Part shown: positions 37,060 to 48,000 of the stretch, in pieces | Position numbering within the stretch: the stretch's first letter is position 1 | How the letters are laid out: every line of letters starts with the position of its first letter | From: an uncultured Verrucomicrobiae bacterium | Lineage (GTDB): Bacteria > Verrucomicrobiota > Verrucomicrobiia > Chthoniobacterales > JAATET01 | Direction of reading: 5' to 3' | Assembly: GCA_963719495.1 (NCBI GenBank) | Contig: CAVRCI010000003.1 | Span: 64,001 to 128,000, forward strand | DNA length: 64,000 bases | The notes under the pieces: generated by a model | Databases searched by the model: none | The model's input: the letters and a program-made list of their open reading frames with translations, nothing else | What the model was told of the DNA's origin: nothing | Position numbers and translations under genes: made by a program

Positions 37060-37707
37060 CCCCCCTCGCCACCCTCATCGGCACCGACCACTACTGGGTC
37101 GAGGCCACCGTCCCGGTCAGCGATCTCAAATGGATCACCTTCCCCGGCCCCAACGCCGCCGCCGGATCGACGGTCACCATCACCGACGACGCGGCCTGGC
37201 TTCCCAATCAGATCCGCACCGGCACCGTCCTCCGCCTCGCCGCCAGCCTGGAAACCCTCGGCCGCCTCGCCCGGGTCATCATCCAGGTCGAAGACCCACT
37301 CGCCCTCGCCAACCCCGACGAACCCCGCCTCCTCATCGGCTCCTTCGTCCGCGCCGAATTCGAAGGCCGCCAACTCGAAAACGTCGCCACGCTCCCCCGC
37401 AACTTGCTCCACGCCGACGACCAGGTCTGGCTCCTCACCCCCGAAGGCACCCTCGACATCCGCGACGTCGAAGTCGCCCTCCGAGCCCGCGACGACGTCT
37501 ACATTTCCGGAGGCCTGAATTCTGGCGACCGCATCGTCACCACCAACCTCTCCACCCCGGTCCAAGGAATGCCCCTCCGCACCGAGACGGCGCCGGGGAA
37601 GTCTGAACTTGAGAGTGAATAGTCGAGAGTCATGAGCCGACCACGCACCCACTTTCCAAGCGCCGAAGGCGCTACGAATCAGCCCTCGACCCTCGACTCT
37701 CGACCCC

Positions 37708-40700
37708 ATGCGAAGCATGAACACGCATCACGGCATCATCGCCTGGATGGTCGAGAACCGGGTCACCCCGAATCTCCTGATGATCTTCCTCATGGTTGGT
37801 GGGTTCTTCATGACCTCGCAGATCAAGAAAGAGGTCTTCCCCGAATTCTCCGCCGACGTCGTCACCGTCAGCGTCTCCCTCCCCGGCGGCAGCCCCGAAG
37901 AGGTCGAGCAGGGCGTCGTCCTTGTCGCCGAGGAAGCCATTCGCGGCGTCGAAGGGGTGAAAGAAGTCACCGCCACCGCCGGCGAGGGCTCCGGCTCCGT
38001 CCGGGCCGAGATGCTCATCGGCGCCGACCGCACCCAGGTCTATCAGGACATCAAACAAGCCATCGACCGCGTCACGACCTTCCCGGAGGAAGCCGAACGT
38101 CCGAACGTCGCGATCAACGCCCGCCGCAACGACGTCGTCGACCTCGAAATCTTCGGCGACGTCTCCGAGCGCGTCCTTCGCGAAATCGTCGAGCACGTTC
38201 GCGACCAGCTGCTCCAGAGCCCCGGCATCTCCCAGGTCGACATCGACGACTCCCGCGCCCCCGAGCTCGTCGTGGAAATCCCGGAAGCCACCCTGCGCCG
38301 CTACGGCCTCTCGCTCGACGCCGTCGCCCGGCGCATCAACCAGGCCTCGGTCGAATCCGGTGGCGGCCGCATCGAGACGTCCTCCGGCGAGATCCTCCTC
38401 CGCGTCGACGACCGCCGCGAATACGCCCGCGAATACGCCGACACCCCGATCGTCACCACGCCCGAAGGCACCGTCCTCACGCTCGGCCAGATCGGCACCG
38501 TCCGCGAAGGCTTCGCCGACGTGAACCGTTTCGCCCGCTTCGACGGCAAGCCCAGCATGGGCCTCGACGTCTTCCGCATCGGCGACGAAACCCCCATCGG
38601 CGTGTCCGACGCCGTGAAAGCCGTGCTCCCCGGCATCCGCGCCGACCTCCCGCCGGGCGTCGAAATCGCCCTCCGCATCGACGACTCCGACACCTACCGC
38701 CAGCGCCTCTCGCTCCTGCTCAAGAACGCCTTCTTCGGTTTCCTCCTCGTCCTCCTCGTCCTCGGCCTCTTCCTCGAATTCAAGCTCGCCTTCTGGGTCA
38801 CCATGGGGATCCCGATCTCGTTCCTCGGCGGCATGCTCTTCCTCCCGTTCTTCGGCATTTCGATCAACATGATCTCGATGTTCGCCTTCATCGTGGCTCT
38901 CGGTATCGTCGTCGACGACGCCATCGTCGCGGGCGAAAACATCTACGAAGCCCGCGAACGCGGCCTCAGCAACTTCGACGCCGCCGTCATTGGAGCCCGC
39001 GGCGTCTCGCTCCCCATCGCGTTCAGCATCCTCACGAACGTCGTCGCCTTCCTGCCGCTCCTCTTCGTCCCCGGCGTCTTCGGCAAGATCTGGGGCGTCA
39101 TCCCGACCGTCGTCATCACCGTCTTCCTCATCTCGTGGCTGGAATCCGTCCTCATCCTCCCGTCCCACCTCGCCCACACCCGCAGCAAACCCCGCAGCCG
39201 CCTCACCGCCCGCCTCCACGGCTACCAGCAGGCCTTCGCCCGCCAATTCCGCCGCTTCATCGAGACCATCTACGCCCCCTTCCTCGCCCGCACCCTCCAC
39301 CACCGCGGCCTCACGGTCGCCCTCGGCCTCGGCCTCCTCCTCGTCACCCTCGCCTACATCCAAAGCGGTCGCATCGGCATCATCTTCATGCCCCGCGTCG
39401 AAGCCGACCAGGCCACCGTCACCGCCCGCCTCCCGCTCGGCAGCCCGCTCAAAAACGCCGAAGCCGTCGAGCGCCGCCTCATCGAAGCGGGCGACCGCGT
39501 CATCGCGGAAAACGGCGGCGACGCCCTCGGCATCGGCGTCGCCTCGTCCATCAACGAAAACGAAGTCGACGTCCGCATCTACCTCCAGGAGCCCGGCATC
39601 CGCCCGATCTCCACCGGCACCGTCTCCGAACTCTGGCGCGAAGCCACCGGCACCATCGCCGGCGTGGAATCCATCCGCTTCGAATCCGACCGCGGCGGCC
39701 CCGGCTCCGGCGCCGGACTCAGCGTCGAACTCAGCCACCGCGACACCGCCACCCTCGACCGCGCCGCCACCACCCTCGCCGACCGCCTCCTCCAATTCCC
39801 GGCCGTCAAGGACGTCGACAGCGGCTATTCACCCGGTAAACGCCAGTTCGATTTCAAGATCAAGCCCGCCGGCGAAGCCCTCGGCCTCACTTCCCGCGAC
39901 ATCGCCCGCCAGGTCCGCAACTCCTTCTTCGGAGCCGAGGCCCTCCGCCAGCAGCGCGGCCGCAACGAGATCAAGGTCATGGTCCGCCTCCCCAAGGACG
40001 AACGCGCCAGCGAATACGACCTGGATACCCTCCTCGTCTCGACGCCCGCCGGAACTTTCGTTCCGCTCTCCCAGGTCGCCACCGTCGACCGCGGCCACTC
40101 CTATCGCGACATCCAACGCCGCGAAGGCCGCCGCACCACCACCGTCTCCGCCGACGTCGAACCCATCGGCCAGACCAGCACCCTCATCGCCACCCTCGAC
40201 CAAACCGTTCTCCCGCAGCTCGCCCGAGATTTTCCCGGCCTCAGCTACGGCTACGAAGGCCGCCAGGCCGACCAGGCCGACAGCCTCGGCAGCCTCACGA
40301 CCGGCTTCCTCCTCGCCCTCATGCTCATCTACTTCCTGCTGGCGATCCCCTTCCGCAGCTACACCCAGCCGCTCATCGTGATGCTCAGCATTCCCTTCGG
40401 GATCGTCGGCGCCGTCATCGGCCATCTCATCATGGGCTACAACATCAGCATGATCTCCATCATGGGCATCATTGCCCTCGCCGGCGTCGTCGTGAACGAT
40501 TCCCTCGTCCTCGTCGACTACGCCAACCAACGCCGCCGCGAAGGAATGGACCCGTGGCACGCCATCCACGCCGCCGGCGTCCGCCGCTTCCGACCCATCA
40601 TCCTCACCACCCTCACGACGTTTGGCGGCCTCGCCCCCATGATCTTCGAAACCTCCCGCCAGGCCCGCTTCATCATCCCGATGGCGATTTCGCTCGGCTT

Positions 40701-40830
40701 CGGCATCCTCTTCGCGACGGCGATCATCCTCGTCCTCGTCCCCAGCCTCTACCTCCTCGTCGAAGACGTCACCAACCTCTTCCGCGCCCAACCAAGACCC
40801 GTAGAAGAGCCGGAACCTCAGACGCCGTAG
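37708..40830 (+). CDS. RND efflux transporter permease subunit (AcrB/AcrD/AcrF family)
   Basis: About 1040 aa with LGIVVDDAIVAGENI, GVVVNDSLVLV and RFRPIILTTLTT. Confidence 0.95.
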   Translation: MRSMNTHHGIIAWMVENRVTPNLLMIFLMVGGFFMTSQIKKEVFPEFSADVVTVSVSLPGGSPEEVEQGVVLVAEEAIRGVEGVKEVTATAGEGSGSVRAEMLIGADRTQVYQDIKQAIDRVTTFPEEAERPNVAINARRNDVVDLEIFGDVSERVLREIVEHVRDQLLQSPGISQVDIDDSRAPELVVEIPEATLRRYGLSLDAVARRINQASVESGGGRIETSSGEILLRVDDRREYAREYADTPIVTTPEGTVLTLGQIGTVREGFADVNRFARFDGKPSMGLDVFRIGDETPIGVSDAVKAVLPGIRADLPPGVEIALRIDDSDTYRQRLSLLLKNAFFGFLLVLLVLGLFLEFKLAFWVTMGIPISFLGGMLFLPFFGISINMISMFAFIVALGIVVDDAIVAGENIYEARERGLSNFDAAVIGARGVSLPIAFSILTNVVAFLPLLFVPGVFGKIWGVIPTVVITVFLISWLESVLILPSHLAHTRSKPRSRLTARLHGYQQAFARQFRRFIETIYAPFLARTLHHRGLTVALGLGLLLVTLAYIQSGRIGIIFMPRVEADQATVTARLPLGSPLKNAEAVERRLIEAGDRVIAENGGDALGIGVASSINENEVDVRIYLQEPGIRPISTGTVSELWREATGTIAGVESIRFESDRGGPGSGAGLSVELSHRDTATLDRAATTLADRLLQFPAVKDVDSGYSPGKRQFDFKIKPAGEALGLTSRDIARQVRNSFFGAEALRQQRGRNEIKVMVRLPKDERASEYDLDTLLVSTPAGTFVPLSQVATVDRGHSYRDIQRREGRRTTTVSADVEPIGQTSTLIATLDQTVLPQLARDFPGLSYGYEGRQADQADSLGSLTTGFLLALMLIYFLLAIPFRSYTQPLIVMLSIPFGIVGAVIGHLIMGYNISMISIMGIIALAGVVVNDSLVLVDYANQRRREGMDPWHAIHAAGVRRFRPIILTTLTTFGGLAPMIFETSRQARFIIPMAISLGFGILFATAIILVLVPSLYLLVEDVTNLFRAQPRPVEEPEPQTP

Positions 40831-40937
40831 GCAAACAACCCGGAGGGCGAGGCTCCCGCCGAGCCGTGACCATCTCCAGAAATCGCCCGGACCGCGAGCA
40901 AGCAACGCTCCCGGAAAATTCCCGCCGACGATACCGA

Positions 40938-40971
40938 TTGACCAAACCAACCAGTTCAATAAACTAGTTTA
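40938..40971 (+). promoter_or_regulatory. Sigma70-like promoter with an overlapping palindromic TA operator
   Basis: TTGACC-N16-TAAACT. The perfect palindrome TAAACTAGTTTA (40960-40971) abuts the ATG at 40972. Confidence 0.65.
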
Positions 40972-41250
40972 ATGAGCGAATCCACCGACACCGACGCCAG
41001 GATCGCCGAGATGCCGACCGCCGCCGAGTCCATCGGAGCCTTCCAAGCCAAGACCGAGCTCTCCCGCCTCCTCAGGGAAGTCCAATCAGGAAAGAAATTC
41101 GTCATCACACAACGCGGCAAACCCGTCGCCGAACTCAAGCCGTTGGAAATACCCGGGAAAAAAAGCGGTCGCGGCGACATGGCTGGTCAGATTTGGATGT
41201 CCGACGATTTCTGCGATCCAATCGAAGAAATGCGCGAATACATGGAATGA
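40972..41250 (+). CDS. Type II antitoxin, Phd/YefM family
   Basis: AKTELSRLLREV…FVITQRGKPVAEL, with a C-terminal IWMSDDF. Confidence 0.88.
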   Translation: MSESTDTDARIAEMPTAAESIGAFQAKTELSRLLREVQSGKKFVITQRGKPVAELKPLEIPGKKSGRGDMAGQIWMSDDFCDPIEEMREYME

Positions 41251-41636
41251 CTTACCTCCTCGACACCCACACCATCCTCTGGTGGCGGCAGGATGACCGG
41301 CGCTTACCCTCTCGCTGGGACGACGTCCTCAACGATCCGGCCAAACACAATATTTACGTCAGCGTCGCTACCCTCTGGGAAATCGCAATCAAGACCGCCA
41401 TCGGCAAGCTCGAGATCAAAGGAACCATCGAGGAATTCGCCGCCACGCTCGTGCGCGACCACCGGTTCCGCCTCCTCCCCATCGAGGCCACCCACCTCGG
41501 TCGTCTCGCCAAGCTCCCGGTGCACCACCGCGACCCCTTCGACCGCCTGCTCATCGCGCAAACCGCCGAGATAAACGCCACCGCCGTGACGAATGATCCG
41601 TCGTGGCGAAAGTATCGTATCAAGGTCAAATGGTGA
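41247..41636 (+). CDS. vapC: Type II toxin, VapC/PIN domain
   Basis: Motifs YLLDTH, SVATLWEIAIK and HHRDPFDRLLIAQ. ATGA overlap with the antitoxin. Confidence 0.92.
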   Translation: MTYLLDTHTILWWRQDDRRLPSRWDDVLNDPAKHNIYVSVATLWEIAIKTAIGKLEIKGTIEEFAATLVRDHRFRLLPIEATHLGRLAKLPVHHRDPFDRLLIAQTAEINATAVTNDPSWRKYRIKVKW

Positions 41637-41724
41637 AACTCCTCTGGACAAGCCCGTTCGGAAAATTCAATCAAAGCGTCCTTGACCGCCTCAATTCCGG
41701 ATCACCATACCCCGGAATCGCCTC

Positions 41725-43097
41725 ATGAAAGTCTCCGCATTCTTCGTCGCCCTCGTCCTCACCGGGATTTTCCCGGCTTCCGCGTTTGCGCAGACGCCCC
41801 TCGCCGAATGGTGGACGGGCGACTCCGCGACCGGCGACCTTTTTGGCATTCGTGAACCCCTGGGCGATCTCGGGATCACGATCCAAGGCAACTGGCGCGG
41901 CAACGTCCTCGCGGTCGTAGACGGCGGAGTCGAGCGAGGCGCCGGCTTCGACGAAGAAGTCAATCTGAGCATCGGAATCGACGCGGCCAAGCTCACGCGC
42001 TGGTCCGCGCTCCGAGGACTGACCTTTCGTGGCGACGCCCGCTTCCGGGACGGCAAGGGCGTCACGCAAGCCTCCGGAGCGGACTCGACGTTCCGTCCGA
42101 GCGCCTTCTCGGGCGGGCAGGCGTCCGGCTCAAGAAATTCTATTTCACCTACACGTCGCCGGAGCTTTTCGAGATCGAGAATTTTCTCGAGCTATCTGGA
42201 GGATGGCAGGTTCCGTCGGAACTCTTCCTCGTCCAGCCGGACGCCAAACTTTTCCTCAATCAATCGATCCGGACCGCGAAAGGCATCAACCTCAACTCCA
42301 TCCCGTGGGGTGGATCGTTCTCGACCTGGGGCGGCTACCTCCAACTCAAGCCGACCGACTGGGCCTACGTTCGCAGCGGACTCTACCTCGCCTACCCGTT
42401 TGGGACCGACAAGAACAACCACGCGCTTTCGTTCCAAGGCTTCGCACGGGACAACCGCCTCAACGGTGTCGATCTCATCAACGAGATCGGCGTCACCCCC
42501 GCCATCGGTCCGGATCGACTGCCCGGGCGATACGCCACGGGCCTGATCTACTGGGGGGTTCAGAACCGCGGATTCGACGGCCAGGCCTACCAAGGCAGAC
42601 TGGCTGTGTATTGGCAGGCCGACCAGATGCTCTACCGCGAACCCTCCGATCCGAGTCCCCCCGCGGGCTTGTCGGCTGAATCTGCCACCGAAGGCAAATC
42701 CTACAAAGCCCCCGTCGCCCCCGAGGCGCCGTCGAGCCTGAGCAAACAGGGACTCTACGCCTTTAACACCATCAACTACTCGCCCGCCGCGAACAACGCG
42801 CTCCCGTTTTACGCCCTCACCGGCCTCGTCTACCAAGGCCTGATCCCGACCCGCGACACCGATCGGCTCGGCATCTCGTTCGCCATCGGCTCGTTCAGCG
42901 AAGAAGAGCGGGCTCGCGACAACCGGATCGGGCGCGCCGCCCGCGAATACGAAGCCGTCCTCGAAGCCACCTACCGCTTCCAGATCAACCGCTTTGCCTA
43001 CGTTCAGCCCGACGTCCAATACATCATCAATCCCGGTGGCCGCGGACTCTTCGGGAATGCGACCGTGATCGGAGCGCAGTTCGGGGTCGATTTCTGA
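41725..43097 (+). CDS. oprB: Carbohydrate-selective porin (OprB family), with a one-base frameshift near 42120
   Basis: N-terminal part W-GDSATGDLFGIR…LGI. C-terminal part YWQADQMLYRE, YQGLIPTR, VQPDVQYIINPGG and a terminal F. One extra G at about 42120 joins the two frames. Confidence 0.75.
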
Positions 43098-43115
43098 TGC
43101 CCGCCACGGGCAATT

Positions 43116-43766
43116 TCACCTGACGATCCGCACCGGCGTTCCCACGCTCGTATTCGCGTAAAATTTCGCCGCCATCTCGTCCGGCATCCGGATGCAGCCG
43201 TGCGAATCCGGAAATCCGGGCAGAAACCCCGTGTGCATCCCCACCCCATTCACGACCCGCATGAAATACGGCATCGGAGCACCGAGAAACGTCGTTCCTT
43301 CGGGCTTCTTATCCTCGTAGACGCCAATGTTGCTCACCACCGGACGCCCGTCCGCCCCGACGTAGTCGCCGTAAAGATTCGACCGATGGTCGATGTTCTT
43401 CTGCGTGATGCGAAAGCTCCCAGTTGGCGTCGAACCTCCCTCGCGTCCCGTCGACACCGCCGACACGCCAACCAGTTTTCCGCCTTTGTAAAACGACGCC
43501 GTCTGCTCGGACAAACTGATCACCACCGACGGCGATCCCGACACGCCGTCGCCCTCCCACCACGACCGGGCCAGCGCCTTCTTCGCCGCCGAAGTCCGCG
43601 AATACACCGCCCCGCCTTCACCGAGAAAAAACGTCGTCGTTCCCTCGTCCGACCCGGCCACGGCCCGCGTCGGTCGCGTGACGGCGGTTGCATCCGCCTC
43701 CTCCGTCGTCGAACATGCGGTCAAACCAATCACGCCCGCGAGCGCGCCAAAGACGTAAAACTTCAT
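43116..43766 (-). CDS. L,D-transpeptidase (YkuD) family lipoprotein
   Basis: Lipobox LTAC and motifs VSTGR…TPTG, MPYFMR and GMH…SHGCIRMP. Confidence 0.9.
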   Translation of the reverse strand: MKFYVFGALAGVIGLTACSTTEEADATAVTRPTRAVAGSDEGTTTFFLGEGGAVYSRTSAAKKALARSWWEGDGVSGSPSVVISLSEQTASFYKGGKLVGVSAVSTGREGGSTPTGSFRITQKNIDHRSNLYGDYVGADGRPVVSNIGVYEDKKPEGTTFLGAPMPYFMRVVNGVGMHTGFLPGFPDSHGCIRMPDEMAAKFYANTSVGTPVRIVR

Positions 43767-43829
43767 GCGTCGACCAAACCGATCCGTCCGCCCCGCCGTC
43801 AAGCTCGCACTACCGAAAATCCACCACCC

Positions 43830-44663
43830 ATGCCCGCGCCCGTCCTCTACGAATCCCACTGCCACACCCCCCTCTGCAACCACGCCATCGGCGATCCGAC
43901 CGAATACGCCGCCGTCGCCCACGCCCGCAACCTCGCCGGCCTCATCGTCACCTGCCACTGCCCACTGCCCGACGGCATCTCGGCCCCCGTCCGCATGCGG
44001 CCCTCGGAATTCGAGGAATACGTCGAGCTCGTCGCCCGCACCCGCGACGAGTGGGCTGGCCGCCTCGACGTCCGCCTCGGCCTCGAGAGCGACTACTACC
44101 CCGGCGTCGAGCCGTGGCTGGAAAAACTTCACGCCCGCCATCCGCTCCACCACGTCCTCGGCTCCGTCCATTACCACGTGCCGGAATACCGCGACCGCTA
44201 CGATCGCGGCTCGGTTTTCGACTACCAGCAGATCTATTACGACCACCTCGCCGCCTCCGCCGAGACCGGCCTCTACGACACGCTCGCCCACCCGGACCTC
44301 ATCAAGAACGAGGACCCCGAAGAATGGGACTTCGCCCGCATCCGCCCCTTCATCGAGCGCTCCCTCGACCGCATCGCCGCGACCGGCGTCGCCATGGAAC
44401 TCAACACCAGCGGCCTCAAAAAGACCCTTCCCGAGATGAACCCCTCGCTCTCCCAGCTCACCATGGCCTGCGAACGCGGAATTCCCGTCGTTCTCGGAGC
44501 CGACGCCCACCGCCCCACCCGGGTCGCCGCCGATTACGAGGAAGCCCTCGATCTCATCGCCGACGCTGGCTACACCGAAGTCAGCTACTTCTTGGACCGA
44601 AAGCGCCAAACGATCCCGATCGAAACCGCCCGCACGTCCCTCGGGGGCGCAGCCCTCGTCTAG
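43830..44663 (+). CDS. hisJ: Histidinol-phosphatase HisJ-family PHP hydrolase
   Basis: Motifs HCHTPLCNHA, GLESDY, LGSVH, LAHPDLIK, ELNTSG and GADAH. Confidence 0.85.
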   Translation: MPAPVLYESHCHTPLCNHAIGDPTEYAAVAHARNLAGLIVTCHCPLPDGISAPVRMRPSEFEEYVELVARTRDEWAGRLDVRLGLESDYYPGVEPWLEKLHARHPLHHVLGSVHYHVPEYRDRYDRGSVFDYQQIYYDHLAASAETGLYDTLAHPDLIKNEDPEEWDFARIRPFIERSLDRIAATGVAMELNTSGLKKTLPEMNPSLSQLTMACERGIPVVLGADAHRPTRVAADYEEALDLIADAGYTEVSYFLDRKRQTIPIETARTSLGGAALV

Positions 44664-44672
44664 GGAAGCGCT

Positions 44673-44697
44673 GGGGACCGCGAGCTTCCAGCTCGCC
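44673..44697. repeat. REP-like hairpin GCGAGC-TTCCA-GCTCGC
   Basis: Follows the hisJ stop. Its left half recurs after the second hisJ copy at 52581-52591. Confidence 0.65.
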
Positions 44698-45097
44698 CTG
44701 CCGACCTTCCAGGTCGGCACCCGTCCCTCAAGGCGAAGCCTCAAACCGTCGCCGCGTAGCCGACGCCCACCAGCCGCGGCGCGCCCAAAGTTCCGCGGAA
44801 CCGCGCCACCACCAGCAACACACCCACCCCCAAGATCATCCACCATCCCAACACCCGTCGGCGTCATCTCCCAAAGTGTCCGCCGCACCCCATCCCGCTT
44901 CGGTATATCGAGAATTCACCTAAGATGCCGCTCGACGTTTCCGTCGTTCACCACCTGGAGAGATGGAGCTCGCCGTCGGGGTGTTGCTGCGGTCGTTGCC
45001 CGCGGTCGACGTGATCGAGAACCCCGAAGGAGTCCGCATCTGTGCCCTCCGCGCTACTTATGACCGAAAGGCGACAGCCAATTCTGAGCAACCACCG

Positions 45098-48000
45098 CTA
45101 ACGTCGAAGAATCCGCAACTTGGCGGGCCGCGAACGCAGCCCAGCGCCGTCAATTGCTCGGAGCTTCACGATCACGCGCTTGGAATCTTCGGTCACCTTC
45201 AGAACGATTTTAAAACGGCCTCCCGCCAGCAATCTGACCTTGCCCGGCGTCGCACCGCGCGTCTTCACGTCGATGTCAACGACGCCCGAAGCGTCGCTCA
45301 CCGTCCCGCGGACGACCACACGCTTGCGAAGCGTCTCAATCGTCTTCCGTCCCCGAATGTCAAGTTCGGGCAAGGTCGCATCCAATACTGGAGTCGGCAC
45401 GACATCAGGCCCGGGCATCGGGTTTGGAGATGGCGTCGGCGTGGGGTTCGGCGTTGGGTCTGGCGTTGGGTCTGGCGTTGGGTCTGGCGTTGGGTCTGGC
45501 GTTGGGTTCGGCGTCGGCTCCGGCGTCGGGTTCGGCGTCGGGTTCGGCGTCGGGTTCGGCGTTGGGTTCGGCGTCGGGTTCGGCGTTGGGTCTGGCGTTG
45601 GGTTCGGCGTTGGGTCTGGCGTTGGGTTCGGCGTTGGGTTCGGCGTTGGGTCTGGCGTTGGGTCTGGCGTTGGGTTCGGCGTTGGGTTTGGTGTTGGCTC
45701 CGGCGTCGGGTTCGGCGTCGGGTCTGGCGTCAGTGCTTCGGTGATTTCGAACGAAAGCTCGCTCACCACCCCGGGGTTGTTCGTTACGTTCGACGCCGCA
45801 TCGTAGAATTCGGAAAAGGCCGCCCGCCACGTGCCGGTCGAGGATCCCACCGGAATCGGCACCTCGGACTCGTAGGTTCCGTTCGTCGGAGACCCCGATT
45901 GAAGGTCCGAGTCGGACACGTAGGTATAAATGGTTTCGCCGGTGCTCGACGTGAACTCCACGCTTCCGTTGCTGAACTCGACGTTGTCGACGACGTCGAC
46001 GGACAACGTGACGGTCCCCCGCCCGTCGTTCGAGACGATCACCGGCGACACCGACGCGCGAGTCACCTGCGGGGGCGTGACGTCCGCCGGGGTATTCCCG
46101 GCGACCGTGAAGGCGAGCCCGTCAAGGGCCGCGGAGCCGCTGCTACGGTTCCCCGCCCCGTCCTGCATCGAAGAATACGTCGCCGACCAGACGCCACTCG
46201 CGGAACCGGTCGGGATCCGCTTCGACACGACGTAGGTGCCGTTCTGCGCGGTCCCGCTTCGCCGATCGTTGGGTCCGATCTCGAATTCGAGATACCCGCC
46301 CGCCGACGTCTCGAACCCGACGTAACCGTCGGTGAATCCCACGTTGTCGGAGATGGCGACCGTCAACTCCACCGTCCCGGATCCATCGTTCGAGACCGTG
46401 GTCGGAGCGATCGACACGCTCTGGACCGTTGGCGCCTCCATGTCGACGGGCACCGTGCCTTCCACGGTGAACGCCAGTTCGCCCGAACCACCTCGGGAGC
46501 TCGATTCGTTCCGCGCCGCGTCGTAGAGATACACCGAGTCCAAGGTCCAGACTCCCGCCTCGCTGCCCCGCCCGATGGTTTCCGCCACAACGTAGGTTCC
46601 GTCCTGAGCGGTTCCGCTTCGGCGGTCCGACGGCTCGAAATTGAACGATACGGACGTCCCGGTCGGCGACCGGAAATAAACGTTGCCGGAGGTGAGTCCC
46701 GTCGCGTCGGTGGCTCGAATCGTGAGCATGACGACGCCCGTTCCGTCGTTCGGCACGGACTCCGGTGCCACCGAGGCACTCACGACCGCGGGACCGACCA
46801 AATCGCTCGGGATCGTTTCCTCGATGGTGAAAGCCAATGCATCCACGATCAGCGAGCTTTGTGTCCGATTCTCCGCGGCATCGCTCACCGAAAAATAGTC
46901 GAGCGTCCAATTTCCGGCACGGAATCCAGCCGGGACACGTTGGGTCACCCGGTAGGTGCCGCCGGTGGACGTCCCGCTCACAAGGTTGGAACGTCCAAAG
47001 TAGAATTGGAAATCGTTTCCCCCACCCCCAGTCTTGAACGAAACGAAGCCGCTCACCACGCCCACGTTGTCCGAGACCTCGATCGTCAGCTCGAGCGAAT
47101 CCGAGCCGTCGTTCGTCGCGGAGGGCGTCACTGACGCGCTCAGCACCCGCGGAGCCTCGAAGTCCGGTGGGATCGTCTCCTCAACGACGAACGTGAGCGC
47201 GTTGACCGATGCCTTGGAAAGCGGGCCGTTTCCGACCGCATCCACGAAGTAACTGTAGCCCACCGACCAGACGCCGCCGCGGGCTCCCGCCGGGAACGTC
47301 GCGGTCGCCGTGTAGATGCCGTCCTGCGCGGTCCCGCTCCGTCGGTTCTGCGGTCCAAAGCTGAAGTATCGGTAGCCCCCCGATGCCGAACGGAACTCGA
47401 CCTCGCCGTCCGCGAAACCCACGTTGTCCGTCATCCGGAGCGTGAGCTCGACCCTTCCGCTTCCGTCGTTCGCAACGAACGGGGTCACCGACGCGCTCTG
47501 GATCACCGGCCCTTCCAGATCGGACGGAACCGTTTCCTCGACCGAGAACGTAAGGTCGGCCAACGCCTCCAAGGGATTGGAGTCATTTCCGAGACCGTCC
47601 TCGAAGCGCGCGGAACTCACGTTCCAGACGCCACTGGCGCTTCCCCGACCAATCGATTTCGTGACGACGTAAACGCCATCGAGAGCGGATCCACTCACGC
47701 GATTGGATCCTGAAGGGAAAAACGAGAGCTGCTTCCCGCTGGGGGACTGGAAGTCCACCGATCCATAGGACAGCCCACCCGGGTCGGCGACCCGAATCGT
47801 CAAGGTCACCACCCCCGTCCCGTCGTTGGACACGGAGGAGGGCGCAACCGAGGCGCTGAGAACTTCCGGCCCCGATACGTCGCTCGGCACCGTCTCCTCG
47901 ATCGTGAACGCGAGACCGTCGAGGATCGGAGAGCTGGAAAGCCTATTTTCCGCTCGGTCAGCGATCGACCCGTAATCGAAAGTCCATCGCCCAGCGCGGT

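Larger units (their letters stand above)
35708..37622 (+). pseudogene. C-terminal half of an RND efflux periplasmic adaptor (MFP), interrupted by ISAs1
   Basis: Removing the IS and one TSD copy restores RTTVTAPFNAIV…TTPLATLIGTDHYWVEATVP…LLIGSFVRAEF…GGLNSGDRIVTTNL…GMPLR. Lies directly upstream of the RND permease. Confidence 0.85.

Noticed and set aside
43149..43164. Operator-like TTCGCGTAAA
   Set aside because: It lies inside the L,D-transpeptidase coding 3' end (KFYAN codons), not in a promoter.
44900..45097. Short possible gene remnant (…VDVIENPEGVRICALRATY)
   Set aside because: It is too short and has no recognisable motif.
45443..45730. Possible CRISPR array or non-coding satellite
   Set aside because: The 12-bp units have no unique spacers, are in frame as a Pro/Thr linker, and no cas genes are present.
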